Positions 1 to 9,500 of a stretch of DNA of 29,038 bases are shown here, in pieces (position 1 is the stretch's first letter; each line of letters opens with the position of its first letter). A program made the translations under genes and the position numbers. Where the stretch lies: positions 1 to 29,038 of IMG/VR virus record IMGVR_UViG_3300028366_000008; one strand, written 5' to 3'. The notes beneath the pieces are model-generated. The model searched no databases, had not been told where the DNA came from, and saw only the letters and a program-made list of their open reading frames with translations. This stretch comes from a virus. Its lineage: Duplodnaviria; Caudoviricetes.

Positions 1-27
1 TGTAACTAACACAGGGGAAATTATAGA

Positions 28-279
28 ATGAAACACCAATGGGTTAGTGGGCTTGAAGGCAAAGCTAAGGAAGAATTTGAAAAAGTACTAAATAGCTCTA
101 GTATGGTATTTGATAAGGAGGATAATATACTTAACTCCATGATTGAAGCTGAGCTTACACTAGCACTAGGAAGGGAATCCTTTACAGGAGACTGGAGCCA
201 CGAACATGCGTACATCATGGGAAAGATTAAAGCATACAAGGAAGTAAAAAGTTTGTTAAAAGGCTTGACTTCTTATTAA
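28..279 (+). CDS. Small phage protein upstream of the scaffold gene (83 aa)
   Basis: ORF with upstream AGGGGA RBS-like motif; helical charged sequence; position typical of the small gene between portal and scaffold in these podoviruses. Confidence 0.75.
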   Translation: MKHQWVSGLEGKAKEEFEKVLNSSSMVFDKEDNILNSMIEAELTLALGRESFTGDWSHEHAYIMGKIKAYKEVKSLLKGLTSY

Positions 280-293
280 GAATATGGTATAAT
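265..293 (+). promoter_or_regulatory. Sigma70-type promoter with extended -10 driving the head genes
   Basis: TTGACT (265-270), 17-bp spacer, TG at 285-286, TATAAT (288-293), upstream of scaffold ATG 337. Confidence 0.8.
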
Positions 294-336
294 ACCTTCA
301 TAAGTAATACATTTACATTAATAAACGAGGATTTAC

Positions 337-1026
337 ATGACTGACCAAGCCGTGGAAACCACTGAACAACCATCTGAACTAGATACTTTGTTGCAATCCA
401 TTGTTAATACTAGTGGAGAGCCTAAGTATACTTCTCCAGAAGAGGCACTCAAAGGTGCGGCTCATGCCCAAGAGCATATCCAAACCCTAGAGCAAGAAAA
501 TCAAAACCTCAAGACGGAGAAAGAAAGGATGGAAGACCTAATTAAGAACTATGGCAAGCCTAGAGACCCAGCCCCAGCGACCACTGAAGTGCAAGAGTCT
601 GATGCTGCCAGAGCCGATGCCGTTGATTTGGATTCAATGTATGAAGAATTCCGGCGTCGTATGTCTGCAGAGAACGAAGCAGCTACTCAAGATCAAAACA
701 AGCGTAAAGCTATTGAGGGTGTTGCAGCAGTTCATGGAGATAAGACCGAGGAACTACTTAACACTAAAGCTAAAGAGCTTAACGTGAGCAAAGACTTCTT
801 ATTGGGTGTAGCCGCTAACAGCGTCGAAGCATTCAATAACCTGATCGGCCTCAAGCCTAAGCAAGCTAGCACTAGTGGATTTGGTACCTCTTCAGTTAAT
901 ACTGAAGCACTTCAGTATAACCAACATGAAGACAAGCTTCCCAATCCGTTGCGTACTGGTCGTAGCAAAGATGCTATAAACCTTATGAAACAGATTGAAG
1001 AGAAGCAAAAACTAAATAGAGGCTAG
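337..1026 (+). CDS. Capsid scaffolding protein
   Basis: GAGG RBS; acidic coiled-coil-rich 229 aa (KYTSPEEALKGAAHAQEHIQTLEQEN); immediately upstream of the major capsid gene. Confidence 0.8.
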   Translation: MTDQAVETTEQPSELDTLLQSIVNTSGEPKYTSPEEALKGAAHAQEHIQTLEQENQNLKTEKERMEDLIKNYGKPRDPAPATTEVQESDAARADAVDLDSMYEEFRRRMSAENEAATQDQNKRKAIEGVAAVHGDKTEELLNTKAKELNVSKDFLLGVAANSVEAFNNLIGLKPKQASTSGFGTSSVNTEALQYNQHEDKLPNPLRTGRSKDAINLMKQIEEKQKLNRG

Positions 1027-1034
1027 GAAACTAA

Positions 1035-1973
1035 ATGGCTATTCAACGCTCAAATGCAGATGCGTTTAACGACGCACAGAAATACTCAGAGTTTCTAATC
1101 CAAACTCTTCCTGATATTATGTTGCCTGACAACATGTATCGTAATGTATCAGACTTTGCTGATGGTACAACTTTGAACATCGCGACTACCGGCGCTGCTA
1201 CTATTCAAGAAGTAGCTGAAGGTATTCCGTTGAACTTTACTGCGATTGATTCTGGTACAGTAACCATGTCCATCAACGAGTACGTTGGTGATGCTTGGTT
1301 TGTTAGCGATGAAGTTCGTCAAGACTTTCGTCGTATTGCAGCTCTGGAAGCAGCTCGCGCACAAGAGTCAGCTATTGCTCTTGCCGAATGGCATGAGACT
1401 AACTTTCTCAAAGCACTTAATGCCGGACAAACCCCAGGTGATCCAAACGTAATCAACGGTGTTAATCACCGCATTCCCGGTACGGGTACTAGTGGTGTTA
1501 TTACACTAGAAGATATCAGTCGTATGAAGTACGCATTTGATAAAGCCCGTGTACCTGCTCAGGGCCGTGTGCTATTCGTTGATCCGTCTGTAGAGTTTAC
1601 CTTTAACCAGTTGGCTCAAGTAGTTACTTCTGACAACCCCATGTTTGAAGGTATTGTCACTGAAGGTTTTGCACAGAGCCACAAGTTCATTCGTAACATC
1701 TATGGATTTGATATCTGGACTACCAACTATCTGCCTACAGGGTCATTTGACGATGGCACTACTACCATCACTGATGGTGTTGCAAACATTGCAATGTCTC
1801 TGATGTCAGATCAACACACACCGGCTATGTACGCTCAACGAGTGGCTCCTTCTATTGAAGGCTGGCGTGACCATGAAGAGCGTCGTGAGAAGTTTCAAAC
1901 TACTACTCGTGATGGCTTTGGCATTCAGCGTGTAGACACCCTTGGTGTTATTTACACTTTGGCAACTGTCTAA
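1035..1973 (+). CDS. Major capsid protein (HK97 fold, VpV262/SIO1-like)
   Basis: 312 aa; motifs YRNVSDFADGTTLNI, EYVGDAWFVSD, VPAQGRVLFVDP, IYGFDIWTTNYLP recalled from this capsid family; follows scaffold. Confidence 0.88.
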   Translation: MAIQRSNADAFNDAQKYSEFLIQTLPDIMLPDNMYRNVSDFADGTTLNIATTGAATIQEVAEGIPLNFTAIDSGTVTMSINEYVGDAWFVSDEVRQDFRRIAALEAARAQESAIALAEWHETNFLKALNAGQTPGDPNVINGVNHRIPGTGTSGVITLEDISRMKYAFDKARVPAQGRVLFVDPSVEFTFNQLAQVVTSDNPMFEGIVTEGFAQSHKFIRNIYGFDIWTTNYLPTGSFDDGTTTITDGVANIAMSLMSDQHTPAMYAQRVAPSIEGWRDHEERREKFQTTTRDGFGIQRVDTLGVIYTLATV

Positions 1974-1990
1974 TATAGAGGAAACAAATT

Positions 1991-2461
1991 ATGTCTTTTC
2001 AAACAGCCCCAGTTCGGGGCGTAGAAGTACATTATGGTACTCGTACTACTAATGGTCGGTTTGGTGGAGCGTACGGATATAAGGGTGGAGTTGCTACGGT
2101 AGTCTATTCTTATGATGTAACCGATCTACCTACTGCTGGTGCAGACAATCTAGTATTGGATATTCCAGCATACGCCAAGATCCAAAAAGTCACTACTGAG
2201 ATTATTGAAGCAGTTACACAAGATGGTGATCGTACTGGCTTTGACATTAGTACTGTCATCGGTGACTTTACTGGTACTGACGTATCTATGGGTGGCCTTG
2301 TACGAGGCACAGCAGGTGTTGACGCTGTTACTACTCCTACTTCGGTAGGTAGTGCAGGTGCTGAGCTAGCACTTACTCTGGCCGCTACTGGCGGCAGTAG
2401 TGGAAGTCTGACTGGTGGTAAGCTACGCACTATTGTAGAGTATATGCCAGAAGGTGCATAA
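1991..2461 (+). CDS. Virion structural protein, probable capsid decoration protein
   Basis: GAGG RBS; beta-rich 156 aa ending in GKLRTIVEY; lies between the capsid gene and a terminator, suggesting high co-expression. Confidence 0.65.
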   Translation: MSFQTAPVRGVEVHYGTRTTNGRFGGAYGYKGGVATVVYSYDVTDLPTAGADNLVLDIPAYAKIQKVTTEIIEAVTQDGDRTGFDISTVIGDFTGTDVSMGGLVRGTAGVDAVTTPTSVGSAGAELALTLAATGGSSGSLTGGKLRTIVEYMPEGA

Positions 2462-2480
2462 CCTTTAAGGTAAGGACTAT

Positions 2481-2516
2481 AGGGAGTGGCAAGGGAAACC
2501 TTCCCTCCCTTTTTTA
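2481..2516 (+). terminator. Rho-independent terminator after the capsid genes
   Basis: AGGGAG..AAGG-GAAA-CCTT..CTCCCT hairpin followed by a T-run. Confidence 0.8.
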
Positions 2517-2528
2517 TTGGGGAAACAC

Positions 2529-3188
2529 ATGGCGATAGACCATAAAACTATTACTGACTCAGAAAAGCACACTCCAAAGGGGTACCCAGATACAGGGTCA
2601 CCTGGCACAAACCATGTATACCAGTACAATGGATCTGCCTTAGAATTTGGTTTAGTAGATACAGGAAACATTGCCCCAAGTGCAGTAACCACTGTTAAAC
2701 TAGACGACGGCGCTGTAACTAATGATAAAGTAGCTACTGGTACTCTTGGAGCTGAAAAGCTTCAAACAGGGGCTGCTGAAGATGCTTGGGTTTCAGCTAG
2801 GATAGGAAGTAAAACAGTTACTGCGTCTTCTACTGTTAGGTGGGTGGCACATAGAATGCAGGGCAATAACGTCAGTAGCGATGTATTAAAGGTGCCCTCA
2901 GACAGTACTCAATTTGGGCCAAGCGTTATTATCACAGCGTCTGGAACGGTCAGATCGGTAATATCTGATGCAGTCTCAGACAATGCAACTGTATCAGTGT
3001 TTAAAAATAATGTTTTGGCAATCTCATTTTCAGTGAGCGACGTCACTGGCGCAGTGACTGACACACAATCTATTTCAGTCTCTATTGGGGATGTTTTACA
3101 AATATCAGGGGATACTGGCCAAGATACTGGTGACAAGCTAAGTGTATCTTCATGGACCCTGGGCGGTGACGCGGAGTTTACAGTATGA
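2529..3188 (+). CDS. Virion fibre-like protein (head fibre or short tail fibre)
   Basis: ATG 2529 behind GGGGA preferred over TTG 2517; N-terminal HxxITDxxxHxPKG motif; 10-aa fibre repeats IAPSAVTTVK/LDDGAVTNDK/VATGTLGAEK; beta-rich C-terminal domain. Confidence 0.6.
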   Translation: MAIDHKTITDSEKHTPKGYPDTGSPGTNHVYQYNGSALEFGLVDTGNIAPSAVTTVKLDDGAVTNDKVATGTLGAEKLQTGAAEDAWVSARIGSKTVTASSTVRWVAHRMQGNNVSSDVLKVPSDSTQFGPSVIITASGTVRSVISDAVSDNATVSVFKNNVLAISFSVSDVTGAVTDTQSISVSIGDVLQISGDTGQDTGDKLSVSSWTLGGDAEFTV

Positions 3189-3937
3189 AGTACACCTTAC
3201 TGGAGATGGTGCAAGACATACTATCGGATATGGATAGTGATCTAGTTAACTCCATTGATGACACTCCTGAAGCACAGCAAGTAGCACAGATTATACGTAC
3301 TACATACAACGACTTAATCTCACTGTATAGTTGGGATCATCTTAAGCAATTATCTCAAATCAACGCTGCCAGTATAGCTAGGCCTACTCACTGCAAAGTA
3401 GCAGACGGAGTTAAAGAAGTATTAGAACTTAGGTATAATGTTAAGAAGTTAGGTGACGTGCGTAATACATACAAACTCATGACGTACATAACTCCTAGTG
3501 AATTTCTTGACATGAGTAATGGACGAGATGAGAGTCAGACAGACATAACAGAAGTAGTAGATGATAGTGGGGTATACCTTAGTATTCATAATGACAGGGC
3601 ACCTACATATTGGACTACCTTTGATGATGACTACGTTGTGTTTGATGGATACGACAAGGAAGTAGATGACTTTATACAGAACTCTAAGTCGGCTATGTTG
3701 GTAGAAAAAGAGGCAGAGTGGACACACACCGATAACTTCACACCTGACATACCTAATGATTCGTTCACTCTTTTACTAAATGAAGCTAAGAGCAGATCAT
3801 TCCTAGTACTGGCACAAGAGGTAAATCAGAAAGCAAATCAACAAGCAGAGCGATCACGCGTTAAAGCTTCTATTAATCAGTTTAAGATTAGAGGTGGTAT
3901 TACGCTAACTAACTTTGGTAGAGGAAGAACTAAATGA
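3185..3937 (+). CDS. Tail tubular protein A / head-tail adaptor (T7 gp11-like)
   Basis: N-terminus TLLEMVQDILSDMDSDxVNSIDDTxEAxQVA and PTYWTTFDD motif; size and position; ATGA overlap with upstream gene. Confidence 0.75.
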   Translation: MKYTLLEMVQDILSDMDSDLVNSIDDTPEAQQVAQIIRTTYNDLISLYSWDHLKQLSQINAASIARPTHCKVADGVKEVLELRYNVKKLGDVRNTYKLMTYITPSEFLDMSNGRDESQTDITEVVDDSGVYLSIHNDRAPTYWTTFDDDYVVFDGYDKEVDDFIQNSKSAMLVEKEAEWTHTDNFTPDIPNDSFTLLLNEAKSRSFLVLAQEVNQKANQQAERSRVKASINQFKIRGGITLTNFGRGRTK

Positions 3938-4155
3938 ATCCAGATAAACAAATGCTAGTACGATCATCTAAAGTATTTCCAGCTATGTATGAAGCACACT
4001 ACGAGGGTGGAGGTGAATTGCCAGAGGCACTTAAGGGAAAAGCCTACACACACCCAAAGCTTGTACAAGAAAAGATTGATACCTATTTAGAGAGTAAGCC
4101 AGTCAAGCAGGAGAAGCCTAGTGGCGGCACAGGAACTAAATCTAGAGCAAACTGA
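3934..4155 (+). CDS. Small phage protein (73 aa)
   Basis: ORF behind GAGG RBS; GGELPEALKG-x-YT motif; sits between the two tail tube genes. Confidence 0.7.
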   Translation: MNPDKQMLVRSSKVFPAMYEAHYEGGGELPEALKGKAYTHPKLVQEKIDTYLESKPVKQEKPSGGTGTKSRAN

Positions 4156-6058
4156 TTTCTCTGCTGGGTATGTATCAGATGTTAATCCACTAACATTTCC
4201 CCCTAATGCTACAGTAGATGAACAGAACTTTGAACTACGTGCTGATGGCAGTAGGCAGCGCCGTCGCGGACTAGCGTTTGATACTGATAACCTTGGGAAC
4301 ATCATTGTACCTGATACCAGCTTCTTTAATACAGACTTAACTACTAGTGTAGTGTATTCTACTATATCTCCAAATGGAGAAGATAAGGCTGATACTGATG
4401 ACGGGGGTTCTACTTATAGTGAGCGCAAACAAGATGTGCTGACAGTCACTGACGCGGGTAGTGGCAATCAGCTGTACTCGTATAATGCAGAAGACGATAC
4501 CTTTGCAGTATTACCCTACAGTGCTACTAACGGTAGTGCTCCCTTCTTTGTAACTAAGTATGCAACTAGGCAGGCCTACGTTTCAGTCAATGGCACTGAC
4601 TACCAAGTAAGTCTTATATACGGATACGATACTACATTAGACACGCTAGCGGTAACAGCATCTGCTCCCATAGTTTACTCCGCAGGTACTAACATTAAAA
4701 CCTCGGGTGCTAAAGTAGCAGATATTGCTGCGTGGTCTGGTAGAATGATATATGCATTTAATAACACTGATGATAGTAGTGGTTTAGCAATAGGCATTAG
4801 CCAGTTACCAGACCCAACAGACGCTGCAAAAAATCAAGTAGAGGTATTGGCTAAGTGCCAAGCTGTAGATACTAGCAGTCTAGTAGACACTGATGGGGTG
4901 TGGGTTACAGCTAGTGATTTAGGTGCTATACAACGGGTAGTTCCTTATCGTACTGGTCTACTTATCTTTACTTCCGATAACATTTGGTACTTGTACTCAG
5001 AACAGGGATACTTTAATCCTTATGACTTTAGGTTTGATAAGATATCAGATACTAAAGTAGCAGGCAATAACTCTATTGTTATACGTGATAATGTTTTAAT
5101 GTTTTGGGCTGACTCAGGTATCTATCTTATAACACCTGATGAAAACACGGGACTGCCTAAGCTAAAAAACATATCAGAGAATCGTATACAGAGGTGGTAT
5201 GAGACAGTACTTCCTTTAGCCAAGAGAGAGGCTAGAGGCATATACAATAAACAAAACAATGAAGTGCGTTGGTTGTATAACTCTCTTGTAGGAACTTTGG
5301 CTGATGCGGATGAAAGAAAGTTTGACGCCGAGCTTGTTATGTCTATGGCTAATGGGGCATATACATTTAATAAGTTTCCTTATGACTCAAGTATAACAAC
5401 TAACAGCACGTACGTAATTGAGTACGTACCTGATAATGCTGTTGACTCCGACTTTGATAATGCGTATGTGTTTACAACAAGCGGAGGAGATGTGACAGTT
5501 GGCGGAGAGCCAGTATATGTAGAATTCTTAGTTAACTTTAGGTATACATCTAGCTTTAAATATGTTATACGTGATGGTGCAACTACCGCTAAGGTAGGCT
5601 CCCTAGAAGATATGTCCTTCTATGACTTTGTAGGCAGTGATCAGTACCCCCTTGGGGTAGATGCTAACGCATACATGAAGTCTGGTTACTTTACTATGGA
5701 CAGTACGCAAACACGCAAGACTCCTAACTACATTACCACTACGTTTAAGGCTACTGAGACAGGGTATAACGAGGATACAGATGAGCTTCTAGGTACCAGT
5801 GGGTGCTTCTTAACAGCCTATTGGAACTACGCTAATGATGGCTATACTGGTAAAGTACACGGCCCTTACCAAGTATACAGATTGAATAGGCTCTACATGC
5901 CAGAAACTCCGTGGGCACCAGGTCAAGATTATATTGCTACTAAGAATAAAATTAGAGGAAGGGGAAGAACTTTACAGTTTAAGTTCGAGACAGAAGATGG
6001 CAAAGATTGCCAGTTGTACGCCTGGGGCTACAACGGTAATGTGCTAACGAGGGTATAA
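4121..6058 (+). CDS. Tail tubular protein B / nozzle (T7 gp12-like beta-propeller)
   Basis: GTG start after AGGAG; 645 aa beta-rich; N-terminal G-x-VSD..PLTFPPNA..DEQNF..DGS..RRRG and C-terminal KNKIRGRGR..F.FETEDGKD motifs. Confidence 0.75.
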   Translation: MAAQELNLEQTDFSAGYVSDVNPLTFPPNATVDEQNFELRADGSRQRRRGLAFDTDNLGNIIVPDTSFFNTDLTTSVVYSTISPNGEDKADTDDGGSTYSERKQDVLTVTDAGSGNQLYSYNAEDDTFAVLPYSATNGSAPFFVTKYATRQAYVSVNGTDYQVSLIYGYDTTLDTLAVTASAPIVYSAGTNIKTSGAKVADIAAWSGRMIYAFNNTDDSSGLAIGISQLPDPTDAAKNQVEVLAKCQAVDTSSLVDTDGVWVTASDLGAIQRVVPYRTGLLIFTSDNIWYLYSEQGYFNPYDFRFDKISDTKVAGNNSIVIRDNVLMFWADSGIYLITPDENTGLPKLKNISENRIQRWYETVLPLAKREARGIYNKQNNEVRWLYNSLVGTLADADERKFDAELVMSMANGAYTFNKFPYDSSITTNSTYVIEYVPDNAVDSDFDNAYVFTTSGGDVTVGGEPVYVEFLVNFRYTSSFKYVIRDGATTAKVGSLEDMSFYDFVGSDQYPLGVDANAYMKSGYFTMDSTQTRKTPNYITTTFKATETGYNEDTDELLGTSGCFLTAYWNYANDGYTGKVHGPYQVYRLNRLYMPETPWAPGQDYIATKNKIRGRGRTLQFKFETEDGKDCQLYAWGYNGNVLTRV

Positions 6059-6059
6059 T

Positions 6060-6545
6060 ATGGCAGGCTTAGCATCAGTGGCAGGCACTGCAGTACTAGC
6101 TACTACAACTCTGTCCAATCCTATAGGGTGGGGCTTAATAGCCGGTGGTGCCCTGATGGGGGGACTAATTGGGCAAAGTACTGGTAGTGAGGTAGCAGAT
6201 TTACAGAGTCAGTCAGCATCAGTACAGAATGAGATATTTCGAGAGCAGTTTAACGTTGACAAAGCTAACATGATGCAACAACGACGCAAGATGTTCCGGC
6301 AAGGTCAAGTTAACAGTGCAGCTCTACGTGCATCAGCTACCTCTTCTGGATCTTTTCGCAGCAGTAGTTTTGGCAGTGCTAAAGAAGATATAGTATCTAC
6401 TACTCAACAGAACATAGGGCAGATAGATAAAGCTATTGAAGTTGGCGAAAGAATCACTTCACTAAATCAACAGAAGGCGACATTAGAAGCCAAAGCAGCG
6501 GCAGCACAAGCCCAAGGTGGGTTCTTATCATCAATATTCGGGTAA
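6060..6545 (+). CDS. Small internal virion (ejection) protein, gp14-like
   Basis: Gly/Ala-rich hydrophobic N-terminus (NPIGWGLIAGGALMGG), Gln-rich helical body; first of three genes after the nozzle. Confidence 0.6.
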   Translation: MAGLASVAGTAVLATTTLSNPIGWGLIAGGALMGGLIGQSTGSEVADLQSQSASVQNEIFREQFNVDKANMMQQRRKMFRQGQVNSAALRASATSSGSFRSSSFGSAKEDIVSTTQQNIGQIDKAIEVGERITSLNQQKATLEAKAAAAQAQGGFLSSIFG

Positions 6546-6550
6546 TATAA

Positions 6551-9500
6551 ATGGCAAAGATATATGACGAGGAAGTAGTTCCTATTTATGATGGGGAAGA
6601 ACCTTCCAAGCAAGAGCCAGAGAGTACTACTATGGGTAGGGCTGCTTATACAGTCTTGTCTAGTAAAGGTAACGGTCCTGATCTAGGTAAGCAGGTAGCA
6701 GAAACTAAAAGACAAATGTCATACGGAAGACGCAGTGACATTGATCTTCAGGTAGAACAACAGGCAGTAACGGAGTTTGAAAACACCAAGGCTGAAGAGC
6801 GGGTGCGTATTGCTGTGTCTGACAAGCCAGTAGAAGATAAAGCAAGTGATATGGATAGGCTTAACGATATTACTTATGAGCCTAACTTGATTGATGAGAC
6901 CTATGTTAACCAAGCATCTCAATACAATCCTCCTACTGTTAATGCAGATGAGATGGTTAGGGAAAGGGTTGGTGAACAGCTAGGTCTTGGTGTTGCTAAC
7001 AAGATACTGTCAGATGTAGAGTTTAGCAATGAAGTATCTCAGATGAGTCAGCAGCTAAAAGAGGAGATGGGAGGAGGCACTGCAGAGGGCGTTGTTGAGT
7101 TTGTTGAGGCAATAGCTCCTGTTGCAATACCTCTTTCTTATACGCAAGTAGCTAATGATCTGTTCCCAGAAGATCGTACCTTTATAGGTAGCTTTGTAGG
7201 GGCCGGTGAAACAATGGAGTTCATTGGTAATAAGTTTTCTTCTATGTCACAAGAAGATCGTGATATAATGCTGCCCCGATTGAAAGAAAGTCTTAAGGAA
7301 CATGCAGGCTTAGTAACTGACAATGGATATATAGCATCTACCATGCTCAATGAGATATTCTCTACTGAGCTTAACCGCCGTGGAACAGATGACTTTAACT
7401 GGGACAGGATGTGGAACAATGTAATTGGGGTTTTGGATGCTACGTTTGTAGCCGGTACTGTTGCGCGCTTAGGTGGCAAAGGTATTAAAGCAACCACTAG
7501 GTTCTTGCCTCAAGCTGCTATTGACTCAGCTAACCCAGAAGCAGCTCGTGACATACGTGCGCTTATACTGTCTAGGCAGGACACTACTGATCTAGAAGCT
7601 GCGGTAGGTGTAAATACCTCAAGTGTAGTTACTGACTTATACCCAACATTCGATGGAGCTATTAACTCTCTTACGCCCGGAGGCGTGGTTGATCGTATAG
7701 CTGGAATGCAGACAGAACTCAAGCGTATTGAAGATGACTTGGCTTTTGGTATTAACTACACTCAACAAGAACAGCTTGTAATGAAGCAGCGCGTAATGGC
7801 TGCGTACGATGGCATTAACGGTAGCTACAACCAATCATTTTCTAAGTTTGGTGTAACCGAGGAGGCTGGTAAGGGCTTCACAGTCAAGGCTGCCATTGGT
7901 CCTAGTACTGATACAGGCTTTGGTGGATACACTCCAGCAATGGAGCACTTCAAGCGTAACTTCCCTGAAGGTACTCCAGTAGATTTTGTGATTAGGGTGG
8001 GAGATACTGCCCGTACAATACCAGCAAATATGCTAGAAGAGATTGTAGACGAGACACAGAATCTACGTACATACAGCAGAAAAGCTGATGCCAAGCGTGG
8101 TGCAGGAAGGGCTGGCTTTGGTGATGCAGCACTGCGTCAAGTAGAGGGTGGAAGGTGGACATGGGACAAGCCTCAAACAGAGGTATGGTACCGTGTGGAA
8201 GATACTTATACTTATAACTTGTCTCTATTAGATGAGAACCTTATCATGTTCGGAGGACCTACCTTCGACAAGGGCTTTGTAACTGGTGGACTACAGTCTG
8301 TCCTAGGTGACCCTGCTACTAAGTTCTCACGATTCATTAACAAAGCATCTATGCGAGCTAACGATATAGGAGAGTCTACTAAGGGCAGGATGTTTGACAT
8401 GTACCAGCGAGGATTTCTCAAACCTTTGAATAGGGAGGGACATTTAAAAGTACTGGACATTGTTAAGGAAGGTAGCAGGACTGACAAGAACTTTACATAC
8501 GATGAGCTGATAGGTAAGGGCTTAACTAACGACCAAGCTGTAGGCTACTACACTGTACGTGGCGTTATGGATCTTGAGTGGGCATTAAATAATACACGAG
8601 TATATAATACACTTAAGCGTGATGGTTACCAAAGTGTAATTAATGGTGACAGAGGGTTTGAAACCTTTGCTCGACCACTGCCTAGAGAGTCTCTTCCTTA
8701 TACCAGTGATAAGATAGATGTATTTAATCCTAGTTCACAGTCTATCAGTAGAATGTCTAGGTCTGAAGTAGACTACTTGTATGATAATGGGGGTCAAGTA
8801 TTTAAAAGCAAGACTGCCCATACTGCAGGTGACAAGACAGTTACCTATGTAGTTAGTGGAATAGACGATGCAACTCGCGTACGTCCACTTCGTCGTAATC
8901 CTTTACAGTACCGTCCAGGGTACGTTACTCGCTTCTACGATGAAAACTACTTCGTTAAGATGAAAGTTAATAAAACTATAGATGGTGTAAAAGGAGAGAC
9001 ATGGAGAACTGTAGCTGCAGTACCTACTAACAGCGATGGTGTGCGGTTGATGGATGAACTAAGACTGCAAAACGATGGAGTAGACTTCGACGTATTTCCT
9101 GACCAGAAGATGACATCTCCTGAAAGATTCGATAACGAGTTTGATTACCTTCATAGTACTGGTGGCATTATTACTGGTAGAAGGGGTGATCATCTTCGAG
9201 GTATTGGCGAAGCACAGGCAGAGTTGCTCGATCCTGTACAAAGTATGATTGACAGCATTAGCTATACAGCCGCTCGTACTAGCCACGATGACTTAATTGC
9301 AGGATTTGAGAAGCGCTGGGTTAATACCTACGGGCGTAAGATGGGACTTGATTCCATTCCTGATAATCTTAATGAGATCAAAGGTGCAACATTTACAGCT
9401 AATGGCATACAAGAAGCTAAGGAACTTGCTAGGTACATACAAGGAATGCGAGGAGTACAGGGAGAGTGGGGTCTTAAGTGGCGGGGATTTATGGCAGGTC

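Noticed and set aside
1-27. Possible 3' end of the portal gene
   Set aside because: Expected by synteny but too little sequence to support a call
551-787. 78-aa alternative-frame ORF inside the scaffold gene
   Set aside because: No convincing RBS or coupling; composition typical of a shifted frame
2466-2488. ACTATAGGGAG resembles the T7 promoter initiation region
   Set aside because: Upstream specificity region does not match, the full motif is not repeated, and it forms the 5' arm of the terminator hairpin
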